A stretch of 64,000 nt of DNA from an uncultured Chloroflexia bacterium (GTDB lineage: Bacteria; Chloroflexota; Limnocylindria; Limnocylindrales; CSP1-4), in the NCBI GenBank assembly GCA_963749705.1, contig CAVVNQ010000004.1:128001-192000 (forward strand), in the 5' to 3' direction. A model generated the notes under the pieces. The model had not been told where the DNA came from, made no database searches, and saw only the letters and a list, made by a program, of their open reading frames with translations. A program made the translations under genes and the position numbers. Of this stretch, positions 27,111 through 35,587 are shown piece after piece (the first letter of the stretch is position 1; each line of letters starts with the position of its first letter).

Positions 27111-27854
27111 CTATCGCGCGGCGTCGAGCGCGTCGCCCTCGACGCACGCTGCCGCCACCCCGAGCGCAGCCAGCCGCTCGACCGCCCCGCGGGTCGGCAC
27201 GGTCCACGCGGCCAGCCCGAGCCCGACCGCGCGAACGCGAGCCAGCGACGCGGGCGTGATCGCGGTCCAGCGAACGGAGATCGCCCGGCAGCCGAGCCGG
27301 ACCGCGCGGGCGATCGTCGCCGGCGCCAGTTCATCGGCGTTGAGCCAGCGCGTCCAGCCGGGAAGGTGCGCCGCCATCGCCGCCAGCGTCGAGTCCTCGA
27401 AGGACGAGATCACGGCCGTGCCGGGATGCTCGCCACGGGCCTCGCGCAGGATCGTCGCGGTCGCCGGCCCGTGGTCCGTCCCCTTGAGCTCGACGTCGAG
27501 GAACGTCGCGGGAGGGAGCGCACGCAGCACCGAGGCGAGGTCGGGGACGCCGGCCGCACCGAGCTCCGCTGCGGCGAGCTCGTCCACGCGCTCCGGTCGG
27601 TGCTGGACGCGGGCGAGCGTCCGGTCGTGGAGCAGGACCGGGACGCCGTCGCCCGCGATCCGGACGTCGAGCTCGACGCCGTCGCAGCCCGCGATCGCGG
27701 TTGCCGCGAGGAGGGCGGCGAGCGAGTTCTCCGGCGCGTGCCGCCAGTCGCCGCGATGGGCCAGGCGGAGGATCCGGGTCCCCGCGTCCGGGCCGGGGTC
27801 GTCCGCGATCAGGTCCCGGTCCCCCGCACCCGGACCGGGGTCGTCTGCGATCAG
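27111..27854 (-). CDS. Glycerophosphodiester phosphodiesterase
   Basis: AHRG, PENSL, GVELDV, LLHD, DVELK, ISSF and AWTV. No canonical in-frame start near the gene junction; CTG at 27854 proposed. Confidence 0.82.
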   Translation of the reverse strand: MIADDPGPGAGDRDLIADDPGPDAGTRILRLAHRGDWRHAPENSLAALLAATAIAGCDGVELDVRIAGDGVPVLLHDRTLARVQHRPERVDELAAAELGAAGVPDLASVLRALPPATFLDVELKGTDHGPATATILREARGEHPGTAVISSFEDSTLAAMAAHLPGWTRWLNADELAPATIARAVRLGCRAISVRWTAITPASLARVRAVGLGLAAWTVPTRGAVERLAALGVAAACVEGDALDAAR

Positions 27855-27869
27855 GTCCCGGTCCCCCGC
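27790..27869. repeat. 42-bp tandem duplication at the EEP/GDPD junction
   Basis: cgatcaggtcccggtcccccgc at 27806 and 27848. Encodes GDRDLIADDPGP twice. Confidence 0.88.
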
Positions 27870-28612
27870 CCGATCGCGACGTGCGCGGCGATCCCCAGGT
27901 GGTCCGACGGGTAGAGCGTCGGGTCCTCCACCGCCGGCCGGTCGAACGCGAGCCGGGCCCCGTCCACCTGCACGGCCCCGCGAACCCAGATGTAGTCGAG
28001 GCAGCCGGGTTCCCCATCCGCGTCCATGGCCGGCGCCTGGAGGCCGGACGGCCAGGTGACCTCGGGCTCGGCGCCGTTCGCCTCCGCAAACGCGGACCGG
28101 AAGCCGGCGGCCAGCATCCGGGCATGAGCCGGATCGCCGGGGCGCGCGTTGAAGTCGCCGACGACGATCATCGCGTCGTGGGCCAGTGATCCATCCAGCC
28201 ATGGCAGCAGCGCATCGACCTGGCGCAGGCGCAACTCGTGGTCGGCGGTCAGATGGTGGAGATGCGTGACCGCGAACACCAGCGTGGCGCCTTCGGGCAA
28301 CACGATCCGGGCGCGGTGTGCCGCGCGCGAGAGGCCCAGGTCCAGCCGATCGACGTCGACCGCGGCAAGCCCGGAGCGCACCAGCAGGCTGTTGCCGTAC
28401 TCGGGCCGCCCCGCCCAGCCGCGAACGGCCTCGTAGCGGCCCTCACCCGCCGCACCGAGCAGCCGGTCCTGCTGCATCGGGTAGACCACCTCCTGGAGCC
28501 CGATCAGGTCCGGCTGGAGGGCCGCCATGTCCGCCAGCAGCAGCGGCAGCCGCTCCGCCCAGCGATCCGCGAGGTTGAGGATGTTGAGCGTGGCGACGAG
28601 CAGGCGATCCAT
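27851..28612 (-). CDS. Endonuclease/exonuclease/phosphatase (EEP) family protein
   Basis: VATLN, DLIGLQEV, THL, VGDFNA, LDYIW and PSDH. Confidence 0.9.
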   Translation of the reverse strand: MDRLLVATLNILNLADRWAERLPLLLADMAALQPDLIGLQEVVYPMQQDRLLGAAGEGRYEAVRGWAGRPEYGNSLLVRSGLAAVDVDRLDLGLSRAAHRARIVLPEGATLVFAVTHLHHLTADHELRLRQVDALLPWLDGSLAHDAMIVVGDFNARPGDPAHARMLAAGFRSAFAEANGAEPEVTWPSGLQAPAMDADGEPGCLDYIWVRGAVQVDGARLAFDRPAVEDPTLYPSDHLGIAAHVAIGRGTGT

Positions 28613-28638
28613 CCGCCCTCCATGACGTGCGGCCGGGT

Positions 28639-29961
28639 TCATCGTTCGGGGTGTTGCGGCGGGAGGTCCGGCGACGGGAGGTCCGGCGCCGGCCCGCCGC
28701 CCGTCGCGGCCGGTGCGACCGCCAGCGCGGGGATCGCGAACGCGAACGTGGAGCCACGTCCCTCCTCCGACGCAACCCAGATGCGGCCGCCGTGACGCTC
28801 CACGACGTGGCGGGCGATCGCGAGCCCCAGGCCAGTCCCGCCGCCGCGCACGCGGGCGCGATCGGCCTTGTAGAAGCGCTCGAAGATCCGGGCGGCGTCG
28901 GTGGCCGAGATCCCGATCCCGTGGTCGGTGACCGACACGACCACGTCACCGGCGTCCGAGCGGACGTCGACGGTGACCACGCCCCCGTCGGGGCTGAACT
29001 TGACCGCGTTGTGGACCAGGTTGACGACCACCTGCCCCAACCGCTCTTCGTCGCCACGGACCGGCGGCGCGGCCGGGTCCACCTCGACGGTCAGGTCCAC
29101 GCCCTGGCGCTCGGCGAACAGCCGCAGCCGGTCCGTCGACGCGGCTGCCAGCTGGCCCAGGTCCACGTCGTCGGCCAGGCGGATCTCGGTGCCGCCCTCG
29201 ATCCTCGCCAGGTCGAGCAGCTCGCTGACCATCTGGACGAGGTGGCCGGTCTCGACCTCGACCTTCGCGATCCGCTCGCGCATGCGTGGCGGGACGTCGG
29301 CGCTCTCTGCATCGCGGGCCAGGGTCTCCGCCAGCAGGCTGACCGTGGTCAGCGGGGTCCGCAGCTCATGGCTCAGGTTGTCGATGAACTCGGCCCGGAT
29401 CTGCTGCAGGCGGCGGAGCTCGGTCACGTCCTCGAGCACGATCCAGGTGCCACCGTCGAGCGGGCGGTGGACCCGGAGGACCACCGTGCGCGGCTCGCGT
29501 GCACCGACCCTCGTCTCGCCGGTGGCCGTGCCGCCGTCGGGGACGCCGTCGACCAGCGCCTCGACGCGGGCGTCGAGGAACGTCTCCATGACGGTCCGGC
29601 CGATCAGCCGACCGGGACGGATCTCGAGCAGGGCGTGCGCCCGGTCGCTTGCCCGGTCGACGCGCCGGTCTGCGTCGAAGTGGAGCACCCCGACCGGCAT
29701 CAGGCCCTCGAGCGGCTCGGGTCCCTGGTCATCCGGCGCCGCAGGCCCCGGATGCAGGTCAGCGAGGGCCGGACGCGACCCGGCAGGCGCGCCCGAACCG
29801 GCGGGCGCGCCGGATCCGTCGACTGCCCCCGACCCGGCGGGTCCCCGTGACCCGGCGGCGACGAGGTCGTCCATCTCGGCGGCGCGATTGCGCAGCGCAA
29901 CCAGCGCCGCGACGAGCGCGAGCGAGAGCCCGGCGACGGCGATGACGAACACGGCATCCAT
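28639..29961 (-). CDS. PAS-domain sensor histidine kinase (PhoR/SenX3-like)
   Basis: N-terminal TM, SHELRTPL H-box, NLVHNAVKFS, DHGIGI, FERFYKAD and GTGLGLAI. Confidence 0.9.
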   Translation of the reverse strand: MDAVFVIAVAGLSLALVAALVALRNRAAEMDDLVAAGSRGPAGSGAVDGSGAPAGSGAPAGSRPALADLHPGPAAPDDQGPEPLEGLMPVGVLHFDADRRVDRASDRAHALLEIRPGRLIGRTVMETFLDARVEALVDGVPDGGTATGETRVGAREPRTVVLRVHRPLDGGTWIVLEDVTELRRLQQIRAEFIDNLSHELRTPLTTVSLLAETLARDAESADVPPRMRERIAKVEVETGHLVQMVSELLDLARIEGGTEIRLADDVDLGQLAAASTDRLRLFAERQGVDLTVEVDPAAPPVRGDEERLGQVVVNLVHNAVKFSPDGGVVTVDVRSDAGDVVVSVTDHGIGISATDAARIFERFYKADRARVRGGGTGLGLAIARHVVERHGGRIWVASEEGRGSTFAFAIPALAVAPAATGGGPAPDLPSPDLPPQHPER

Positions 29962-30051
29962 CGCGCAACAGGATCGCACGGGGGTGGCCGAGCGCGTGCC
30001 GCAGGACGCACCTGTGACCGAGCAGACGCCGCGACCGGGCAGCCGCGCGAC

Positions 30052-31161
30052 TCAGCGCGTCCGCGACACCCCCGGGGGCGGCACCGGGCGCGTCGTCTCC
30101 GCGCCCGTCGCCTCGGCGAACGGCGCAAGCAGCGTCGCGTAGGCCGCGCGCGGGAACGCGTGCCGCAGCGCGACCACGTGGCCCAGGCGCGCGAGGAGCC
30201 GCCGGCCGCGGGTCACCGCGGCCGGCGACAGGCCCGCGACCGGCATCGCCGCTGCCACGTCCCGCGCCGCGAGCACCGCCGAGATCCTGAGCGCCTCGTC
30301 CTCATCGAGGCTCAGCGCGGCCGGCCAGGGCCGGTCGTCGCCGGCGATCCCCTGCGATCGGCGGATCAGCGTGGCGACCTCGCCGGCGGTGAGCGTCCCG
30401 GCCCTCGAGCGGAACGCGACCACGTCAGCGCCGTTGGGTCCGTACCGGGGCTGGTCAATGGAGGCTTCCCACGCTCGCAGCAGCCGCTCGCGGGCGCGTC
30501 CCCGGAAGGGCTCCGCCAGCATGTCGTCGAGGAACGCCGCCAGGACCACCTCCGCGGCGACGCCAAGCAGGCCTTCGCGCACGCCCGCCTCTGCCCATCG
30601 CTCGTGCGGCACCCGCTTGGCGAGCACGGCCTCCGCATCGGCAAAGGCGGCCCGCGCGTCGGGCGCGAGGAACCGGCGGATCGTGGCCAGGAACGCGATC
30701 GGCGGCGGCTCCGACTCGGCGAGCCGGTCCAGCTCGTCGCCGGTCAGGCGCTCCACCCGCGCGAGGAACCGGGCAAGCACGGTCGTGGGGTCGCCGCGGA
30801 ACAGGCTGGGACGGGTCGGCCGTGCCCGACGGGCTGCCGGTGCACGCGCGGACGGAGGCGGCACGGGCGCGGCCGACGCGGCCCGACGCGGAGAGCGTCC
30901 GTGCCGGACACCGGTGCGGCCGCCGGTGAGCCCGAGATGCTCACGGTCGTAGCGCGCCCGAAGGCCGGGGTCGCTCAGCCAGTCGTGGGCGACGTTGATC
31001 CGCTTGGCCCGCTCCAGCGACGCCGCGTCCTCGCCGGCGACGTCCGGGTGATGCCGCTTGAGCAGCGCGCGCCAGGCAAGCTCGATCGCCTCGGGCGAGG
31101 CGTCGACCGCCACCTCGAGCCGGGCGTACAGGTCCTCGTCGGGTACCAGCGGGCGCGGCAT
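30052..31161 (-). CDS. J-domain (DnaJ N-terminal) protein with unknown C-terminal region
   Basis: DLYARLEV..LKRHHPD..INVAHDWLSDPGLRARYD. Confidence 0.8.
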   Translation of the reverse strand: MPRPLVPDEDLYARLEVAVDASPEAIELAWRALLKRHHPDVAGEDAASLERAKRINVAHDWLSDPGLRARYDREHLGLTGGRTGVRHGRSPRRAASAAPVPPPSARAPAARRARPTRPSLFRGDPTTVLARFLARVERLTGDELDRLAESEPPPIAFLATIRRFLAPDARAAFADAEAVLAKRVPHERWAEAGVREGLLGVAAEVVLAAFLDDMLAEPFRGRARERLLRAWEASIDQPRYGPNGADVVAFRSRAGTLTAGEVATLIRRSQGIAGDDRPWPAALSLDEDEALRISAVLAARDVAAAMPVAGLSPAAVTRGRRLLARLGHVVALRHAFPRAAYATLLAPFAEATGAETTRPVPPPGVSRTR

Positions 31162-31188
31162 CGGGCCGGATCGTCCCGGGCGCCGGCC

Positions 31189-32907
31189 TCAGGCCGGGCT
31201 CGCCGCCTGCCCGGTGAGGAACGCGGTGACCTCGTCCAGGGAGCGGACGGACCGTTCGCCCGTGGCCCGGTTGGTGACCTCGATCCCGCCCGCCGCCAGC
31301 GACCGCGGGCTGACGGTCAGGATCCAGGGCATTCCCAGCAGCTCCGCGTCGGTCAGCTTGACGCCCGGCGATTCGTCGCGGTCGTCGTACAGGATCTCGC
31401 GGCGCGGTCCGGCCGCCGCGGCGGTCGCGTGCAGCGCCTCGGCGACCTCGGTCACCTTCGGCTCCCGGTTCGCGCCCAGGGCGACCAGGTGCGCGCGATA
31501 GGGCGCGACCTCGGCCGGCCAGGCGATTCCCTTCTCGTCGTGGTGGGCCTCGACGATGCAGGCGACGTTGCGCCCGACCCCGATCCCGTACGAGCCCATG
31601 ACGATGGGGTGGGCCTGGCCGTCCTCGCCCAGGTAGGTCGCGCCGGCGGCGTCGGTGAACTTGGTGCCGAGCTTGAAGATGTTGCCGACCTCGATCCCGT
31701 TGCGCAGGATCACGGGCTCCCCGCAGGTGGGGCACGGGTCGCCCTCGCGGGCGTTCGTGATGTCGGCCGTCGTGTCGGGCGTGAAGTCGCGCCCGACGTT
31801 GACGTTCCGGTAGTGGAACCCGACGCGGTTGGCGCCCGCGACGAGGTTCGGCGAGCGGGCGACGAGCTCGTCGACGACGACCACGGTGCCGTGTGCCCCG
31901 ATCGGCGACCCGTACCCCGGCTCCATGCCGGCGGCCTGGATCTCCTCGGCGGTCGCCGGCCGGAGGCCCGTGCTGGCGCCCACCGCGTTGGCCAGCTTGG
32001 TCTCGTTGACCTCGAGGTCGCCGCGCACGATCGCGGTCACGAGGCGTCCGTCGCCGGTCACGAAGAACGCGGCTTTCGCGGTGCGTGCCTCGGGGACGTC
32101 CAGGAACGCGGCCAGGCTGGCGATGGTGGTCGTCCCGGGCGTTGCCACCTCCTCGAGGGCGAGGGGCGCCTCGTCGCCGGCCGACGGGCGGGTGATCCGG
32201 GCGACCTGGCGGTTCGCCGCGTACCCGCAGGCCTCGCACAGGACGAGGACGTCCTCGCCGGCCGGGTTGAGGACCATGAACTCGTGCGCCTGGCTGCCGC
32301 CCATGATGCCGACGTCGCTCGAGACCGCGACCGTCTCCAGCCCCAGCCGTTCGAACGTGCGCGAGTAGGCCTCGTACTGCGCCTGGTAGCTCGCATCGAG
32401 CCCGGCCGCGTCCCGATCGCAGCTGTAGGCGTCCTTCATCACGAACTCGCGCACCCGGATCAGCCCGGCGCGGGCGCGCGGCTCGTCCCGCCACTTGGTC
32501 TGGAAGTGGTAGACCATCATCGGCAGCTGGCGATACGACCGCACGATCTCGGACAGCAGGATGCCGACGACCTCCTCGTGCGTCATCGCGAGCACCATGT
32601 CCCGGCCGTTGCGGTCCTTGAACCGGGTCAGCTCGGGCCCGATCGCGTCGTAGCGGCCGCTCGCCCGCCAGATGTCGGCCGGGTGGACGACCGGCATCTC
32701 CATCTCCTGGCCACCGATCCGGTCCTGCTCCTCGCGAATGACCTGCTCCACCCGGTCGTTGACGCGCTTGCCCAGGGGCAGCAGCGAGTAGATCCCGGAT
32801 CCCAGCGGGCGAATGTAGCCGGCCCGGAGCAGCAGCCGATGCGACGGCATCTCCACGTCGGCGGGATCGTCGCGCAGGGTGGTGAAGAACAGCTGGCTCA
32901 GGCGCAT
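31189..32907 (-). CDS. proS: Proline--tRNA ligase (with INS editing domain)
   Basis: MRLSQLF, THEE, KWRDEPR, REFVMKDAYS, GIEVGNIFKLG and MGSYGIG. Confidence 0.97.
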   Translation of the reverse strand: MRLSQLFFTTLRDDPADVEMPSHRLLLRAGYIRPLGSGIYSLLPLGKRVNDRVEQVIREEQDRIGGQEMEMPVVHPADIWRASGRYDAIGPELTRFKDRNGRDMVLAMTHEEVVGILLSEIVRSYRQLPMMVYHFQTKWRDEPRARAGLIRVREFVMKDAYSCDRDAAGLDASYQAQYEAYSRTFERLGLETVAVSSDVGIMGGSQAHEFMVLNPAGEDVLVLCEACGYAANRQVARITRPSAGDEAPLALEEVATPGTTTIASLAAFLDVPEARTAKAAFFVTGDGRLVTAIVRGDLEVNETKLANAVGASTGLRPATAEEIQAAGMEPGYGSPIGAHGTVVVVDELVARSPNLVAGANRVGFHYRNVNVGRDFTPDTTADITNAREGDPCPTCGEPVILRNGIEVGNIFKLGTKFTDAAGATYLGEDGQAHPIVMGSYGIGVGRNVACIVEAHHDEKGIAWPAEVAPYRAHLVALGANREPKVTEVAEALHATAAAAGPRREILYDDRDESPGVKLTDAELLGMPWILTVSPRSLAAGGIEVTNRATGERSVRSLDEVTAFLTGQAASPA

Positions 32908-33018
32908 GGCGCGAAGGATACCGGCGACCGGCGCATGGCGGGCGTGATTGCCGGCTCCCCGGGCGCGCCCGGGGACCTCGCTCGTGCCGTGGCTCAGCGT
33001 CAGCCCACGCCGCAGGGT

Positions 33019-33567
33019 TCAGCGCCCCGGCGCGCCTGCGGTACCGAGGCCGTCGGCGATCTCGTCGGCCCAGGCGTCGATCGCGGGCCAGTCCCGGAAG
33101 TCGCCCGCGGGCAGCGAGGCCTTGGCGGCCGGCAGCAGGGTCATGAAGCGTTCGGCGAGGCCGATCGGCTTGGCATCGGGATCGAGCGCGCCGAAGAACA
33201 CCTTCTCGCCCCGGGGATGGATCGCATCGCGCAGCCCGGGGAACTCCTTGGGGACGGTCGCATCGAGGACGTCGCGGCCCTGCTTGTCGACCGTGTCCGT
33301 GCCGATCGGGCCGCTGCTGAACAACCACGTGGGCCGCTGGGCGAGCAGCGCCCGATTGCGGCGGACGAACGAGGTCGAGTCCTTGAGCCAGTGGAACATG
33401 TAGGCGGCACCGCCGACGACGAACGCGTCGTACCGCGCTGCATCGCGGACTCCTCGGGCAGGGCGCGTCTCGGCCTCGAAGCCGCGGGCCTGAAGCCGCT
33501 CCGCGATCCGCTCGGCGATCCCCTGCGTCGAGCCATGGCGACTGGAGTACGTGACAAGGACCGGCAT
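33019..33567 (-). CDS. Flavodoxin-domain protein (HemG-like)
   Basis: VLVTYSSRHGST, WLFSSGP, FFGALD and GDFRDW. Confidence 0.85.
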   Translation of the reverse strand: MPVLVTYSSRHGSTQGIAERIAERLQARGFEAETRPARGVRDAARYDAFVVGGAAYMFHWLKDSTSFVRRNRALLAQRPTWLFSSGPIGTDTVDKQGRDVLDATVPKEFPGLRDAIHPRGEKVFFGALDPDAKPIGLAERFMTLLPAAKASLPAGDFRDWPAIDAWADEIADGLGTAGAPGR

Positions 33568-33796
33568 GGAGCGAGCTCCTCCCATGATCGACCGGACGTT
33601 GCGGCGAGGATGTCGCATCGCGGCCTGCGGTTCCCAGAGCCGGACGGCCGCCGTGGTCAGCACCGATGGCCTGCGAGGATCGGAGTCCCGTTGCGCGGGC
33701 AGCGCCGGACCGCACGCCAAACCCGTGACGACAAGGTGACCCGTCATGGTCAGCGCAGGTACATCGGCGCGTTCACGATGACCCCGGTCAGCCGAT

Positions 33797-34855
33797 ATGC
33801 TGGAGGCCCCCGGAACCTGCCCCGGTCCGGTCGATGTGCCCGAGGATCGTCCGATCGAAGCCCTGAACCTGATGCTGATCGCCGTGCTCGCGCTGGCGGT
33901 CGTGTTCGACTACATCAACGGCTTCCACGACACCGCGAACGCCATCGCGACCTCCGTGGCGACCCGCGCGCTGCGCCCCCAGTACGCCCTGCTGATGGCG
34001 ACTGCGTTCAACTTCATCGGCGCGTTTGCCGGCACCGCCGTGGCCAAGACCATCGGTGCCGGGCTGGTCGACGAGCAGACCACGACCCAGGTCGTGGTCG
34101 CCGCCGCGCTCATCGGCGCGATCGCCTGGAACCTCATCACGTGGCTGCTCGGCCTGCCGAGCTCGAGCAGCCACGCCCTCATCGGCGGCCTGCTTGGAGC
34201 GACGGCCACGGCGGTGGGCACCGGCTCGTTCAAGCTCGACGGGATCTTCAACAAGGTGGTGATCCCGCTGATCACGTCCCCGATCGCGGGCTTCGTCCTG
34301 GCGCTGGTCCTGATGGTCGCGCTCACGTGGATCTTCCGAGGGGCGGCGCGCAAGCCGCTGGGCACCGCGTTCCGGCGATTACAGGTGTTCTCCGCCGGCT
34401 ACATGGCGTTCGCGCACGGCTCCAACGACGCGCAGAAGACGATGGGCATCATCACGCTCGCCCTGTTCTCGGCCGGGGTCATCCCGACCAACGACGTGCC
34501 CGCCTGGGTGATCGTGATCGCGGCGTCGGCGATCTCGCTGGGCACGGCCATCGGTGGCTGGCGGATCATGCACACGATGGGACAGCGCGTGGTCCAGCTC
34601 GAGCCGATCCACGGGTTCGCCGCCGAGACGACCGCGGCGACCGTGCTGCTGGTCACCGCCCACCTCGGCATGCCCGTGTCGACCACGCACGTGATCTCGA
34701 GCGCGATCATGGGCGTCGGGGCCAGCCGGGGCGTGCGCGCCGTGCGCTGGGGCGTCGCGCGCCGGATCCTGGTCGCCTGGGTGCTCACGATCCCCGCCGC
34801 GGCGCTCGTCGGCGGCCTGACCTGGGTCGTCCTCAACGCAATCGGGCTCCGATGA
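33797..34855 (+). CDS. pit: Inorganic phosphate transporter, PiT family
   Basis: NGFHDTANAIAT, PSSSSH, HGSNDAQK and PVSTTH. True start probably further downstream (~33854-33872). Confidence 0.93.
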   Translation: MLEAPGTCPGPVDVPEDRPIEALNLMLIAVLALAVVFDYINGFHDTANAIATSVATRALRPQYALLMATAFNFIGAFAGTAVAKTIGAGLVDEQTTTQVVVAAALIGAIAWNLITWLLGLPSSSSHALIGGLLGATATAVGTGSFKLDGIFNKVVIPLITSPIAGFVLALVLMVALTWIFRGAARKPLGTAFRRLQVFSAGYMAFAHGSNDAQKTMGIITLALFSAGVIPTNDVPAWVIVIAASAISLGTAIGGWRIMHTMGQRVVQLEPIHGFAAETTAATVLLVTAHLGMPVSTTHVISSAIMGVGASRGVRAVRWGVARRILVAWVLTIPAAALVGGLTWVVLNAIGLR

Positions 34856-34907
34856 CCACCATCCGCTCGACCCCCACCCCACCCCAGCCCGCCACCGGAG
34901 GCCCGCG

Positions 34908-35519
34908 ATGGTCCGCCTGATCCCACGCGACGAGAAGTTCTTCGAGCTGTTCATCAGGGACGGCGAGAACCTGCTCGAGGCCGCCCGCAAGCTCGAGGAG
35001 ATGGTCGGGACGTACGACCGTCTTGACGAGCGCATCGCCGAGATCCAGGCGCTCGAGAAGCGCGGCGACGAGATCGACGACGAGCTCGCCGGCCGTCTCG
35101 AACGGAGCTTCATCACCCCCTTCGATCGCGAGGACATCCACGAGCTGGGCGTCCTGCTCGACGATGTCGTCGACGGCATCCAGGCGGCCGCGGAGACGTT
35201 CACGATCTACCGCATCACGGAGCCCGACGATGCAGCCAGGCAGCTGGTCGGCATCCTCACCGCCCAGGCGGTCCAGCTGGTCGAGGCGCTGCACAAGCTC
35301 GAGCGTGGCAAGGACATCGGCCGGCACCTGGCCATCGTCCACGACCTCGAGCACCAGGCGGACGGGCTGTCGAGGTCGGCCATCGGACGGCTGTTCCACG
35401 GCCAGCTCGACCCGCTCGAGGTGATCAAGCTTCGCGACCTGTACCGGACGCTCGAGGAGACGATCGACGCGGCCGAGGACGCGGCCGAGGTGATCGAGCG
35501 GATCCTCGCCAAGAGCTGA
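34908..35519 (+). CDS. DUF47 / PhoU-like phosphate transport regulator
   Basis: LEKRGD, SFITPFDREDI, LEHQAD and LEETIDAAED. Follows pit. Confidence 0.9.
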   Translation: MVRLIPRDEKFFELFIRDGENLLEAARKLEEMVGTYDRLDERIAEIQALEKRGDEIDDELAGRLERSFITPFDREDIHELGVLLDDVVDGIQAAAETFTIYRITEPDDAARQLVGILTAQAVQLVEALHKLERGKDIGRHLAIVHDLEHQADGLSRSAIGRLFHGQLDPLEVIKLRDLYRTLEETIDAAEDAAEVIERILAKS

Positions 35520-35587
35520 GCTCGCGGCCACGGCCGGACACGCGAGGCCGGCGGGTCGGTCGTCGAACGCGAGGTGCCGCCGGCGGG

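Noticed and set aside
33745-33780. Pho box upstream of pit (GGTCA/GTACA/GTTCA)
   Set aside because: Spacing is irregular (11 then 12 bp) and the matches are weak in GC-rich DNA.
30160-34920. 1586-aa plus-strand ORF
   Set aside because: Shadow ORF antisense to proS and the J-protein and off-frame over pit. Arg/Gly/Ala-rich with no motifs, as expected at this GC content.
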